The notes: generated by a model not told the origin, from the sequence alone. A stretch of 63,874 nt of DNA, filler included, from Intoshia linei (GCA_001642005.1; 9 parts of 9 records of this genome joined end to end with filler, not necessarily neighbours in it); one strand, 5' to 3'; shown: positions 10,925 to 25,649, counted from the whole stretch's first letter. A program made the numbers and translations.

Positions 10925-13900
10925 CATCAAAATTATCATCTTCTTCTTCGTTCAATTCATCATCAGAGCAAATGTTTAAGACGGATACGAGAATTTCAGT
11001 AACTAATATTACATTTAATTATTTACATATTAAATTAATAATTAATACGTAAATAAAAAAAATATATAAAATTAAAAAATCACCTTTTTCAGCTACAAAA
11101 GGTAAAGACCAAGTGAATACGTCCATAAAATTTGGTAACCAATAAGGGTGGGCAGTAAAATTAAATTGACGTATATTCATTATATTATTTTCATATTTGA
11201 CGATTGCAGCTAAAAAATTTTGAAAATTTGTAATTATGTGTTACCGCCTGGGCGGTAACTTACGCGTCTATTAGTTTCAGTCAATATCAATAATTATGTA
11301 AAATATGTAAATGCAAATTTAAATTTACTTAATAGAACGTAACGAGAATATTCCACTACTGAAAACTTAAAGAATTGAAAAAATATTACATTTATTAGCC
11401 ATAATAGAAATAATTATTATTAATTAATTATTAAACACTACATTGCACTGTTTTTAAATAAATTTTAGTCAACTGGGATAATTTTTGAAATTATAAGCAT
11501 TTTCATAAATCGCAAACAAAACTCGTACAGTCTAAGTCCCTTATTAATTAATATCCATTGATATGAAATTTTTTACATAGTAACACCCTTGTTAACGGAA
11601 TTTAATTTTTTTGAAATAAAAACCATTAATGGTCATATTTCTTGTTATTATAAGTGCATATGTATTACAACATTATCAACCGTAGTTTTTTTGGGGTCCA
11701 TGAAAAATTATATAAATTTTAAATAACATAAATGGTATATACAGAAATATAATAAAGTGAAAAATGATATTTTTTCAATGATAGTAATTATTTCTAATTA
11801 ACGCTATTTAATTTAATATCTATTAAAAAGTTGATAAAAAAAGTAAGAAATTGACTTTTAATTATTAACTAAAAATTATTTTATATTTATGATAGTCATT
11901 AAAAATAGATTATAGAGCTTTAAATGTAAAATTTTTATTAACAGAATTTTTGGTTCATAAAAATTCGTTAAGAAAAAATAAATAATTCAAAATTCCGTTA
12001 AAATAGAATTTCTCTTAACAAAAATTCCGTTAATAAGGACTTATACTGTAAATCATATTAATATATTTTCATGATCAAAACCACAAATGATTCATTTTTA
12101 AAAAAATAGTATTAGACTAATAATTAGACCAGTGTTTCCCAACCTTTTAAGTGTCATGCCCCAATTTTATCCTTACGAAGTTTCTACGCCCCACCATAAT
12201 TTATAATAAATATTTCCATGTAGTGTCCCAACAGATATTTTTATGTTTATATATTACTGCGCAATAAACTGAAGTAAAATCAAAATTTAAAATACCTAAA
12301 TATAACATACAATAAACCGAATTTATTTGTGATTTTTTAGTTTGGTGTAAATATTTTTAGTCTATCAAAAATATGCGAATCTACCAAAATTTAGTTTATC
12401 TTGTTCAAAAATTATCATTGCTGTAACTTTACCCGATAAATTTTACCACTGTGTTTCAATGTTAGTTATAAGTTATAACTTTAAAGTGAAATGTGATAAA
12501 TTCCTGATATAAATGGGAGGTGGTCAATGATTATTGATCATCATTGTAATCAAAAACGCATGTAAAAATACCTCTAAAAATATATGTAAATTTTAATAAA
12601 AATTGAGCTTATCAATGAATTTGTAACAATAGAAATCATTGATAACTAATCAATTAATTTGTTTTCTAATATTTTTAAAGCCGAACCAAATATTCACAAG
12701 CCCCAGCGGTGGGACGCACGCTCCATGTTGGGAATCACTGAGTTAGACTAATAATTAGCCATATAATTTAAAAAGAATCACAGATGACAGTTATATATAA
12801 TACCTTTGTTGTTATAAACATCTAAATAGTTTGGAGCGGAAAATATTGTTATTAAAGAGGGAAAACCAGTGAGTTGGCTTTTTCTGTACATTCGATATCT
12901 AAAAGTGAAAAATGCAAAATAAAAAAAATTACCCTGCATCTTGAGCTTCATGAGCACGGATAATGGATAATAAATTGTTTTGTTGTAAAAATTCACAACA
13001 AGCCCGATAGCTAAACACAAATAATTTATGACTCACCTTCAATTACCTATAGAAATAAGAACAGCCACGAACTGTATTGTGAACAAACTGATCATTTGAT
13101 TTTTCATTTCCAAAATCATCAACTGGATCAGACCAAAGTAGATCGCACATGGGTCCATATGCAGGTGGTTCTTTGAATCTATCCAACTAAATCATGTTAA
13201 ATTTGTTGACATTTTAAATACTTTTTTAATATCATCCAAGCTGTGAATTTCTGGGCTTAAACCACCGTGAACACATAAAAATTGTTGATTCATTAATGCT
13301 GCAAGAGGTAGGCAATCAAATGATTCCATACATGTTTTGTAGAAAATTTCAGAATATTTTATTTTACCTAAAAAAAATTAATTTACATGTGAATTAATCA
13401 ATTAATTTACTGTTTATAATTATATTTTATTTATAAAACGTACATTCTTGCTTGAAAGTGAAGTATTCTGTCAAATGCCGGCATTCATGGTTTCCACGTA
13501 ATAGATAAAAAGATTTTGGATACAAAATTTTCAAAGACCATATGTATAGCACACACTAGAAATTTTAATAATATAAAAAGTTTACAAAGTAATTAAATCT
13601 AGTTTTTAATATAAAAGATTATATATATATATAATACCTCTGCACTAAAATAACCTCGATCCACATAGTCTCCCAAAAATAAATATCTTGTAAATTCGGG
13701 ACTTCCACCAACTTCAAAAAGTTTCAACAAGTCGTAATACTGACCATGTACATCACCGCAAACTAAAAATGATAATTTTCAAAATGTATCAATCAAAATC
13801 GTTAATTTATTTTTTTAATTTCAAAACAATTACCTGTAATTGGTGCATCAACATGAATCATGGTTTCTTCTTTTTTTAATAATTCGGTGCAATCAGTAAT

Positions 13901-14044
13901 TATTTTAATGGCAGCTTCATGGCATATTCTCCCTTCTTCGTAGAAATGTTTTTTCAAAACGTCAATATTAGGTTTTCCTTGTGAAGTAAAAACTTGATCC
14001 ATTGAAAGTAAATTATTTGGCGGCTTTGAAATAGCTAAAGGCAT
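10925..14044 (-). CDS. PPP3CA: Calcineurin A (PP2B catalytic subunit), nine exons visible, 3' end missing
   Basis: Spliced translation has [60 protein letters not shown] and the CnB-binding [28 protein letters not shown]. Introns are GT-AG, e.g. 13187-13221 (35 nt), 13011-13046 (36 nt), 12899-12932 (34 nt), 11210-12803 (1.6 kb). CaM-binding and autoinhibitory exons are absent. The symbol is family-level. Confidence 0.95.
11528..12048. mobile_element. pogo/Tigger-type MITE in a calcineurin intron
   Basis: TA|CAGTCTAAGTCCCTTATTAA ... TTAATAAGGACTTATACTG|TA: imperfect TIRs and a TA target duplication. Confidence 0.7.
12130..12740. mobile_element. Non-autonomous hAT (Buster-like) element
   Basis: TIRs CAGTGTTTCCCAAC / GTTGGGAATCACTG; 8-bp TSD AATTAGAC / AGTTAGAC with central TA. 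Confidence 0.8.
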
Positions 14045-15215
14045 GATTTTAATAATATATAATAATATAATTATAATTATAATCAATAAATGTGTCTTTG
14101 TGAACAATGAAATGTTCATAATCAATAATTAATCTATTAATGAATACTACATGTACTATACAAGTAGTCCATTACATGTATTAACATGTATGTATAAAAT
14201 TACAAATTTAAATATTTAAAATGCATGTACAATGTACATCAGCCATGTAAATTTAAATATACAATTAAATTTTAAACGGGTTACATGCGGCCCGTGGGCC
14301 ACAAGTTTGACATGGCAATTATGACATTGTACAAGGAATTTTACAAGCTAATCAAAGCTAAAATTTTGTCACACAACTCATCAATTTGTTTCTGTGATCA
14401 TTTTCAAGATTTATAAAACTTAACAGTGTTCAATTAACACTCAAAAAACAATATTTATGCAATACTTTGGGTTTTATCGAAAGTTTTGTGTTTATTAAAT
14501 TTTTAATTATATAACAATGCAACAAATTTTTTAAAATCTATCGAGTGAATATTAATAGAGCTGAACCTACCATATTGAGGCTAGAAAATCAAAAATAGGC
14601 CCTGAATTTTTCGGAACTTATGCGTAATGCCATCTATACCTAGAATTTACACCACGGGTTTGAATTTGACACATTTGACATGAAAAATAGTTACGATATT
14701 CAAAAATGCAATTCTGTTAATTATTCAGTTAAGGAAAATGACACCACACTTTAAACAAAGTCCCAGGTGACTTATCTAAATTTAAAGGGCGTAGCAACTA
14801 AGGATTAAAACCGAGTCGATTCGAGTCGGTAAAATAAATAAAAAAATTATAATCAATTTATTTTATATATTAATAGGTTATATGTTATGTACTACGTACA
14901 AATAGCACCTAAATCTGCCGAGGGCATATTTTTATTCTACCAAAAAAATAAATTCACGTTAAAAATCTCACTTACAAATACTACTACTGTCTTTTCTCGA
15001 TTGTAAAAAGTCTTCTTATATTCGAGTGTAGAAGGAAAAATGCTTATAATCCAAAACAAACAGACTTTTAACCAGACCTTGACAAATATAAAAAATACAC
15101 TAAAAGTTTGCTTTTATATTTTATGAACTCGTTAGATTTGTATTAAATGACATCTTGATGTATTCTCAAAATTTATTTAAAATAAAACTTATAAATTAAA
15201 TATATAACAATAACA

Positions 15216-15488
15216 ATGAAGTCTATTGAGGGGGTAAAAAATAAGGTCTGTGAAGGACTTAAAGAATTTTTGGTCCCGCTTGATATCATTGATTATGAGT
15301 ACATTGAAAATATTAAAAACACGTCCGAATCACCTTATCTTAATGAATTTTTTGTTGCTTCTAAAAAATTTCAAATTCAGATTACTTTCAACGAATTGCA
15401 TAAACGACATATTGTATATGGAGAAAGCAAAACTTCAAAATTAGACATTCTATTGTATGAAGGAAGTTATTTTTTAAAAATAAATTGA
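15216..15488 (+). CDS. Hypothetical protein, first exon
   Basis: ATG-initiated 90-aa ORF with protein-like composition and a likely intron near 15466-15512. No recognisable motif. Confidence 0.3.
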   Translation: MKSIEGVKNKVCEGLKEFLVPLDIIDYEYIENIKNTSESPYLNEFFVASKKFQIQITFNELHKRHIVYGESKTSKLDILLYEGSYFLKIN

Positions 15489-16436
15489 TATTTTATCTAT
15501 TTTTTGTTTAAAGTTCTTTCTTACGAATAGAAGCAGAAACTGCTTATATTCAAATTTTATTTAGATAAAAATTTCACTGAAAATTTGTATTTCAGGGGTC
15601 TGGTTATAATCGAGAAAAGACAGTATTCACTATTATCAATTCTTTATAGGAGTGGTTATCAAACTTTTTTCATATGGAACCATCATATCACATTACTTTT
15701 TACTTTAAAGTGAATTATTCTATCTTAATTTTTTTTATTAAAATTTGCGTAAAGAATTTTAAAAACAATTGTTATCCCACTTTTTTAATTTATTAGNNNN
15801 NNNNNNNNNNNNNNNNNNNNNNNNNNNNNNNNNNNNNNNNTTAATTAATTAANNNNNNNNNNNNNNNNNNNNNNNNNNNNNNNNNNNNNNNNNNNNTTAT
15901 AACTTTATACATATCAAAAATGTTATTGCTTGTTTTTTCCCAATCAAAATTATGTTTAAATTGTTGACATTCTATTACTAAATCATTTTTTTCCAAATCT
16001 TTGTTATAAGCTGCTGTAAGATTGGCAGATAAGAGATAGAGTAAGATAAGAGACATGAAGTATTCAACTTATCATTCGACATCACATTTAACATTTCACA
16101 GAACTTTGATTCTTTAAACTATTTAGCTATTTGAATTCCTACACTTCAAAACTTATAAACTGTTTCTTATAATATAAATGTGAAGTATTTTTTAATAAAT
16201 TGGGGCCACTTTTTAAGATATAAATGTAAAGTACTCTTATTAATTTGGGGCCTTTTTAATGAAAGACCCTGGCCTACAGCTCATATTATCATTGCCTTAA
16301 AATGGCTCTGGAAACACTACCTAATGTATTAATTAGATCAGTTTATAAAATGTATTTATATTGATACGTCACGAATTACGATTCATAAAAAACCGAAATA
16401 AAAATGTTTATTTGAATTTCAAACAATAATGGAAAA

Positions 16437-17508
16437 TTATGTATTATAATTAATAAAATTATATTTAACTTTTTTTAAAATTTCGCTTGGGTTAATGATG
16501 GTACACTAAATTTAAATATACAAAAAATTATATGTGAAATGTATTACTTTGGGTATTTTATATTCTGGCGGTTCTAATGCGGCGTCCCGATCAAATTCAT
16601 AAATTTTTCCACATTTTAAATTCCCCTCAAACCAAAACCCTTTAGTCACTTTACCTTTATTAAAACAGTACAATTCGCCATCGCCATGTTTTTTATCATT
16701 TTTCCACATTCCAATGAATCGATTATTATTTGCTAAAATAGATTTACAAATTATTTATAATTTCAGCATGGGTTTTTAGAATTTTTTAACTTAAATTAAT
16801 CCGAATCGTTGAGGATTGTATTGTTACGAAAGCCTCTACAACACGGTTGCTAACCCATATTTAGAAAAGAAAAAATTGAAATGTATACTCTCATAATTGG
16901 CCTTTTGATTAGTGTTGGATAACCCTCAGCTGATAGGTTAAAAGTGGGTGCAAATAAAGTCAAACCCATTTGTAGCATGCCTTTGCCATGTCTTTTTCCA
17001 TCATACCATTCACCTTCATATGCTGATTGATCATTGTAATAATTTCTACCCCAACCACTTTGCTTATTGGCATACCATTCTCCTTCATAATACTCTCCAT
17101 TTCTACTGAATTGAGTTCCATATCCCTACGGTTTAATTTGTATATGGTATTTTAACATTTACATGCTTTTTATCATTTTTCCAAGCACCACTGTAAATTT
17201 TGTGATACACATCAGCGTCATTGGTTTGTCGTAGTAAAATTCCAAATCCGCATTTTTTATCTTTTTTCCAATCTCCTTCGTAAATGAACCCGTTTTTCCA
17301 TATATACGTTCCTTTGCCTATTAAATATTCAATTAAAAATTCTGAAAATTATCGTAAAGTAACCTTCTTTTAAATTGTCTGTCCATTCACCCGTGTATTG
17401 GTCGCCGTTTGTTGAGTATACAGTGTTTCGTATCCCATTTTTCAATGATAATCTTTCTCTGATTTTCCACAGTTGTTCCTTTTTGTCTAAATCGTGCAGG
17501 AACGGCAT
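16437..17508 (-). CDS. MORN3: MORN repeat-containing protein 3 (five exons)
   Basis: MPFLHDL...NGIRNTVYSTNGDQYTGEWTDNLKEG, repeated YxGxW...GxG MORN units, and C-terminus GFWFEGNLKCG...ALEPPEYKIPKCTIINPSEIL, matching MORN3 architecture. GT-AG introns. Confidence 0.88.
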
Positions 17509-18028
17509 AGGTTTTTGTTGATACTGATTGCTTAGATAATAACTGGAAGTGTATATTTTATGAATAAAATTTTTGAGATATAGTTGATATGGCACAGATA
17601 TTTTACAATTGGGTTAAAACGAGAAATTGAATTTGATTGAATCTGTACTCAAATATAAATATACAACAAATAACTTGATGTTAAAAAAGTATAAAATAAA
17701 TCAAAATTACACCACCGAATTATTGACTCATTTAAAACCAAAACTGTTAGAATATAAGTATAAAATTTATAAATACCATGATTTATTTTAAGTCAATTTT
17801 TAAAGGGTATAATATAGTTTGAGACTGCAATTAATTATTGATTAAATGATCAGAGTAAAATTTGCTACTAATAATTGTTTGATTGTGTTGAAGACTGAAC
17901 GAGTTTTTAATTTTTAAATAAAAAATTAAATTAAACAAGTTACATAACGTGCAAATGGATTAATAACAAATAACAATAATCAAAATATATTCTGTAATAA
18001 TAAATTGGATTTATTCAAATTTAACAAT

Positions 18029-21000
18029 TTAAACGGATACATCCATATTTTCCTTTTCAATTTCCTTAAGAATAACAACACCTTCAATAATAGGATTGAC
18101 CGGTTCATCTAAAAAATTTATAAAATATTTCAAATACATAATTTAAAATTGTTCTAGAGGTGGGGTGTCAGACTCAATTTGCTTGGCAGGCCGTACAAAA
18201 AAATCTTTACTCAAATCATTACGTTAAAATTAACAGTTTTCATTAATTAATAAATAAAATAGCAATTTACATTCTTTAGAAGCCAATTCACTTCTTTCAC
18301 CATAACCTAGCAACACAGGAGTGGTATGAGTTTGGAATCCTGTAATTGTTTTAGGTTTTCCAGCTTGACCAACCACATCAACAGCCTAAAATATAATTGT
18401 ATTATTTAGAGTTACTTGAAAATACCTGCCCAACTCTAACTACAACTGGTAAAGGTTTTAGATTTTTATCGAGAGTACTAAGCATACGGGAATGAATGGC
18501 TGGTGCAATATAATAAAGCATGCTATTCATACTTCCTAAAAAGGCTAAAAAATAAAGTATTAGCAATTAAAATTAAATTTTTTACTTGATTTAATATCAA
18601 TGCATGAATGTAAAACAATTAAAAGAGAAGCTAAAGAGGGAGTATGCAAAACACGTTGATCATAAAAAAATGGAGACAGGGACAAAGTTCCTTTTCCAAG
18701 GTGGGTAAATCCTTGAGCTAATCTAACACAAAACAAATTGTAATGGTCTTTGTGATGATATACTGCCAATTGTCGTAGCATGGCGGCAAGTCTAGCATTA
18801 TTTGTACCTACATTTTTAATAAACAATATTATTTACACATTAACAGTTGTAGATTTACAGGTCTGGTATATATTCAAAGAAACAACAAGATTTATAGGAA
18901 ATATTTTGTAATATTTTAAAAATTGTGAAATATTTCAAACGATATATAGGCAGTAGCATGTAAAAAACCAAGTACAATGGCTAGAAAACTTCTAATATAA
19001 GTCCATGATAAAATTAGATCAATTTAATTAATAATGCTAAAATTTAAAATTAAAATCAGTTTCTGTGATAAGTTAAATTGATTGTTACAAAATAAGTTTT
19101 TTTGTTATATTCGCAAAGATTGAAAAGTTAAAAACCGGAAAAAAAATTTATACATTTTCTACAAATAATCTTAAGAACTTTACAAAGCAACAAAACACAA
19201 ATAAATAATAAAAATACAAACTTTAAAAACAATATTTTCTCGGTACAATAGGTTTTTTAGCTCAAAATAAAATATTTTCACCATTGCCCAGCAAATTAAT
19301 CGGAAATCATTATTGGTGACCCAATTGGGGTCGCGATCCCATTGTTAAAAACTCCTATCGTAATGCACAATTTTTATAATTCAAAATAAATAAAATTTTT
19401 TTATCAACTAAAAAACACTGAATGATTACTTTTTCATTTTTTTAGTTGGTCCTTGAAACCCCACAAAATATTGGTAATGATTTTCAAACGCGTCCGAGAA
19501 TGTGTGATTTTTTAATTTTAAGGTGAGTTATATTTTTAAAATAAGATGAAATTTGGTTTTTTACCGTGAAATGCTCAATTTCGGAAAATGACATTTGCGA
19601 TGCTGTAAAACGTGTGTCAGCAATTAATGTTTTTGAAATTTTAGGAATGTTAATCTTTTGAATAAACGGTAACATACACAGAAAATTTTATATCAGTTAA
19701 GGATGTAATGTATATACATTTTTTTAGGATTCATAGGTTTTTTTCAATAACATCGTAGGGTTCACAATGAAAAAGGGTTGAGAATGTCTCATGTAACTGA
19801 CCTTTGTGAAATTGTATATATCTCGTTTTAAATTTTTTCACTGACACACATAAAAGTTAAAGGGGTGCACCGGTTGATAAACTCTGGACCAGCGATCGGC
19901 AACCGTTTGCATCTCGTGGGCCACTTTTTTATATCAAAAAATTATATGGGCCCCGTTTTTGAATATTTACACATAATAGATTTAATTTTAACTGAAGAGA
20001 AAAGTTTCTAGTGTATTCAACAAAATAAAATCCGGGACGATCTGAAAATTCAGTATTGAAATGATTATAATAAACCAATTATAATTATAGTAGAAAATGT
20101 TTAAAATTGTGTTTTAAAAGTGAAAAATAAATAATGTACATATTTACTCAAATGGCCACCAAAATTATCTGCGGGCCACCGGTTTCCAACCATGCCCTGG
20201 ACTAAAACGTAAAAGTCATATTATAACATAAAAAACCTGCTCCAAGCAATCCCATTGCTAGAATTGAATTATGAGCAATTTCATTGTCTGAATCGTGAGA
20301 AAACTTGCTAAGAGAATCCAAAAGAGACAATTTCGGATTAGACATGGAAGTGAGCGCCATAGCTAGTGGCACCCCTCTCTTTGTACCAGAGTCACCGTAC
20401 CGTAACAATTGTCCAAATATTCTGAAAGACATTGTACATCCGATTTCTTCACCCATGCAAATCAAGCCAATGCACATGGCAGCAACAGATTGTATGTATT
20501 TAAAGTTTTGTTTCTTAATCTTTTCTTCACCGTCTCGTTTTTTCTTTTCCTTTTTTTCTTCCTCAGTTGTAGGAGACGAAACGGTAGTTGTCTTGTAATG
20601 ATTTGAACAAATTGTAATCAATTCTTGGATTTTAACTACATTTCCGGTACCAGCATAAATAAAAGCATCAATCAACATAATAACCAAATCGTAGAGTTCA
20701 GTAGGCAAAACTTGCAATGATTCCTTCATGTTTGAAATCTGAGATTCCACCTTGGGATAATTATCCACGTTTAAAAAATTTAAAGCCAAACCAAAAATCA
20801 TATTTTTAGTAGATGCTTCATGCATTTTAGGGTTGTTTTCGATAAGAGCATCTAAAATATCAGCAAAAACGTCACCATTACAACTGCCACAGCATATTAG
20901 TCCTAGACTTAAAGATGCGAAGCCCATTTCACTCAATGAAGAATCTTCGTCTTTTAATACACTCAACAACTGGTTAATGACATCTTCACGGTTAGTTCCT

Positions 21001-22611
21001 GCATACGAAATCCCAAGTCCGATTATAGCTGACACTTTAAAATTTGTATTGGTTTTCAAAAGATAATCACTCAATATAGCTAACGCCGGATCACTAGCAT
21101 CATTTACATTGGTAGTCAAAACGCCAATGGCCAACAATGCTCCCGCTTTAATAAACTTGTTTGAAGAATACAAATGTTTATCAATTTCAATCAATCCATT
21201 GTTGATATCCCACAAGTAAATGAGTCCCAAAGAAGCGGTAGCCGAAATGTAACCGGTTTCGCTATGTTTGCGAATCCAAGATCTAGCTGAAGTTTCTTTG
21301 CTCATAATATTATCACAACAAAAACCAGCATTGACGAATGCATTAACAAACGTCGAAACTAGCGATTGTCGAGCTTGGTCCATTGTAATAGTGTACATGG
21401 AATTTTCAAGATGCGTTTTGTATATATCCTTGGGATCCTTCGGTGTCATAATGTCCAATTCTTTGCCGAAAGAATGAAACCGGGAACTCAACTCTGAATT
21501 ATCCAATATGGTTGAAATGATTTCAGTGTCATAAAAATTTTCCATTCCAATTTTGTCCATTTTTCTATTTATTCTCGCCAAAATATAAGCAAATTGAATT
21601 TGTAAAATTTTATCATCCCTAGTTTTTTTAATAATATCATTTATATTATCAAAATCTCTTATAATCAAAGCAATTAAAATTGCATTGACATAAGCTTTAA
21701 AGTGAAGTTCCATATCGAGACATTCTTGTAAAATTAGGTAATTTTCGGGGTAAATAGAAAACTGGATTAAACTCATTAAATAATTGCAAACTTTTTGATA
21801 ATTTTGTATAGTAACATAAGATTTCAAAATGTCAATTCTCTCAATTTCCATGACCAAGTCACACGCCTCAGTCTCAGCATTGTGGTCTAATAGATAAGGT
21901 ATAATCTGGTGCAATAAATTTATGTGTACTTCCATTGGTACAATATCTTGCTTGTCAATGTTATCTTCTTGAGCTTTATCAAAATAGGCATGCCAATCTT
22001 CAATCAACTGAGTAGACAAATGTCTAGAGTACTCGTGTCCCCACGACTCGATAGGCTCGCCGGATCCCAAAACTCTATATTTGATGCAATCCAAATTGTT
22101 TGGTGTTGTCATACTCAGTACTGAAATGATGTCACCGCAAATTTTCTAAATTTTATAAAAATTAATTTCAATTTCCAAATTAAATCCAACCTTTGTTTCT
22201 TCATCTTCAATAATTTCATAAATTCGTTTAATTTCAGAAATGTGAGGTTTTAAAAATTTTAGTGGCAAAGGAACCGATGTCATTGAAGTCGTAGAAGTTC
22301 GAATTAAACATTTAAGAGAATTTAGAATTTCTGGAAATACAGACTGATCAATACTTGCCAATTTTTTCATTGAATCAGTCAATTTATTTTTTAAAGCCAA
22401 TTCTTCTTCATTCTAAAAAAATGTTAAAGGTAATATAACTAAATTAAACCAATTCTTCTTCCACGATCGTTTCATTTAGTTTTGTAGTTTCATTTATTTT
22501 AGTCGTTTCATTTTCATTTCCATCGATCGAAGTATCATTCTCCTCGTTGGTCATAGATTTATCCATAAAACTGTCTTTAAAATTTGTACTTTCATCCTTT
22601 TTATCAGACAT
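18029..22611 (-). CDS. PSMD2: 26S proteasome regulatory subunit Rpn1
   Basis: [49 protein letters not shown] repeats, [61 protein letters not shown]. Ends ENMDVSV-TAA at 18029. 1.4-kb intron 18808-20236. Confidence 0.97.
19890..20194. mobile_element. Non-autonomous hAT element in a PSMD2 intron
   Basis: CAGCGATCGGCAACCG ... CGGTTTCCAACCATG, with 8-bp TSD CTCTGGAC / CCCTGGAC. Confidence 0.7.
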
Positions 22612-23009
22612 TTGCCCAAAATATTACAATAAAGCTATTTTCTAATTTATAATAATATATTAGTATGGTGATATTTTTAAAATAAACTATTGAATTACTT
22701 TAATTTTCTTCAAATTATTTTTTATAATTGTAACATAATATATATACTCATTCGCAGCAATTTTGCAATTGATATGAACCAATCTAAATAACGTGCTAGA
22801 TTTTTGATTTTTTTATATATTAAACGATGTGGCAAGATCTTTCATTGGTAAAAAAATAAAAAAAAAAGCCTGAAAAAAGTCGTAGAAATAGAAGTTTTTA
22901 ATTATTTAGTTACTTTGAACGTCTCGTCAATTTTGCAAAACTATCGAAAACATAATAAACTCGTAGTTCCTGACAAATAAATGTTGTTAAACTGTTTTCA
23001 TTATCCCAA

Positions 23010-23184
23010 ATGACACTGTCAAATAATATTACAAAATCAATAGAAAAAGATTTAAAGGATGGCATCGAAAAAGTAAATATCGCGAAAACCCGGAATGTTT
23101 CCCTTAGAACAATTTATAACATTTCAAATTATGAAAGATCAATCAAATCGAAGCGAATTACAACCTTAAAAAAAGAAAGAGTTC
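23010..23184 (+). mobile_element. Probable IS630/Tc1-mariner transposase N-terminal HTH fragment
   Basis: LKDGIEKVNIAKTRNVSLRTIYNI fits a G-x4-IA-x3-VS-x2-TI HTH pattern. Truncated by the gap. Confidence 0.45.
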
Positions 23185-23866
23185 NNNNNNNNNNNNNNNN
23201 NNNNNNNNNNNNNNNNNNNNNNNNNNNNTTAATTAATTAANNNNNNNNNNNNNNNNNNNNNNNNNNNNNNNNNNNNNNNNNNNNACCTCCACCAGCCAAA
23301 AAGACGAAATGTAATCAGAACCAGTAATATGTATTTTTTAACCAACTTCTCTTAAAGCTATCAAGAAAAATGATAGTTATAGTATAAATGTATTAAATAT
23401 AAATAAATCGATTAATTTACATGTTCACTTTTTAATTTTATTTTTGTTTTGTCGATTTTAGCGTTTCACTAATATTGATCTCTACTTTAGATTTAAAAGT
23501 ATTACAGACGTTTTTCCAGTTTAAGTATTTACGTACCGTTAAGGTTAATATTAACTATGGTTTTAGATGTATAAATCATTTTGTTTCAATAAAAAGAAAT
23601 TTCATCATAACTTATATTATTCACAAATATGTTTTGAATTATACATAAACACTTCTTAAATGCAACTTTTTATCGTTTTTACGTTTTACAACTTTTTTAT
23701 TTTGTTTCAACTTAAATAACAATAATATTTTATCTGATATAATTATTAATAATAAAATAATAAATAATAAATTCATAATAAATGCAACAATATTTTACTC
23801 AGTATTTTTATGATTTACACATTATTATTTATTTTAAAGCTGTATCGTTAATTTCATATAACTATA

Positions 23867-25303
23867 CTAAGTTGACTATTATGTAATACATAGAAACAGA
23901 ACATAGCTTTTGCCAAGGGCACATTTTTATTCTACCAAAAAAATAAATTCGCGTTGATCATTTTACTTAAAAATCGTACTATTCACTATTATCAATACTT
24001 TAAAGGAGTGTTTCACAAACTTGTTTCAGTTGTGTTACTATTTACTTTAAAGTGAATTAATACATCTTAATTTTGTTTTGTTAATATTTGCGTAAAAAAT
24101 GTTTATTCCATTTTTTAAATTTATTAGACAAAATGTATATATAATACTAAAGATAAAGTAAAAACAGTTTAATCCTTAAAATTGTCATAAATAGCATAAA
24201 TTCCAGAATAAATAAAATTATAAAAACCTATTTTATCATTTTCAATGTGATAATGTATATTCATTACAAATTTAATAAATACTTAAAAATACCAATTATG
24301 CATCAATAATTAACAGAATCAGCATTTTATAAACCTATTTCAGGTAAATTTTACCAATATTGCTCAGGATTGTAATAAATATGAAAATAATAATAACAAA
24401 GTTGTATTACTGTAAGTAATCGTTGTTGTAGTTTTAAATTACATTTTAACACAATTTTTTTAAAATGATAATTTGAGATTGAAAAATTGCGTGGCAATGA
24501 AAAAAAATCCATAGGAATAAATTATATAGATTTTCACACATATTTCTTTATTCGAAATGTGTAGACGTTCAATGCACATTTTTTTAATATTGTAGGATCA
24601 ATATTTACATTTTCAATTTTTATTTTAATCGCAATATTTGAAAAATAATATTTGAAAATTAATACAAAATTATTTTGAACCGGAAATGCATAGATTTCTG
24701 AGGTTGAAATTTTGTTTTTATATCAACTGGAATAAGTTCTATCAGAATAATATATTTTTTTAATTTTCGGACAGTTAATTATTTCACATTTTTTGTTTTA
24801 ATAAAATATTTCGGCAAAAAACTATATGAATAGTAAAATGCTTTTTTGACCGTGAAGGCGTCACATATTCAGATTAATTATGATAATATTTATTCAGATA
24901 TATTATTAAACAATATAAAACAAATATTAGACAAATATTATTAATTATTCAGATAAATTATGGGACTGTTTTCATTACAAAAAAGAAGTAATTTGTGGTT
25001 TTGGCCCTGAAGATATATTTTTTTAAATTTAAAGTTATGACAATATTTATTATTATAAAATCCGTATCAGAGTATATATTGTTATAAATTCTCGAACTGG
25101 TTTGATTTTTAAAAACAGGACCATTGGGTTCTTTGACCCGTAAGATATGAGTTGGGAAATTGAAATTTATTTTCCTAGCACCCCTGGCAAAAATGTAATT
25201 GAAATGTAGACTTTATAATATTTTAAGACAGGTATTTATTGAAATAAACGGTAACACCAATAACAAACAAATATTGCATAAAATATTATATAAGTAAGTA
25301 TGA
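23867..25303 (-). mobile_element. Longest Helitron copy (1.44 kb), both termini
   Basis: 5' A|TCATACTTACTTATATAA at 25303; 3' TGCC-CTT-GGCA ... TAGTCAACTTAG|T at 23867. Confidence 0.85.
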
Positions 25304-25649
25304 TTAAATTATACTAAAATTATTAAATTGACAATTATGCAATATATATTATTCTTAATAAATAATTTAATTATTTAATTATTTAATTTAATTCTTTCCT
25401 TCACCGTCAATGGAATTTTGGCTTGATTGTATTAATTCTAAACTCAGATAATATTGCACCACTCTATTCTGTAATACGCATTGTATATACATATATACTA
25501 TATACGTTTATGTACTGTACAATGTAAAGTGTACATACTTATAGACGGTACGTATTTATAGAATTTAAGATAAATAAAAACATTTGTATTATTAAAAAGG
25601 AATATTTAAATACAAATCCTTCTTTACATAACACATTTCACAATATTAA

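Noticed and set aside
15841-16056. ORFs running into XXXX-LIN
   Set aside because: Created by the N spacer and linker.
17527-17540. RFX X-box upstream of MORN3 (ATTGCTTAGATAAT)
   Set aside because: Mismatches at both conserved ends, so expected by chance in AT-rich DNA.
20305-22124. Several plus-strand ORFs
   Set aside because: Antisense shadows of the PSMD2 exon.
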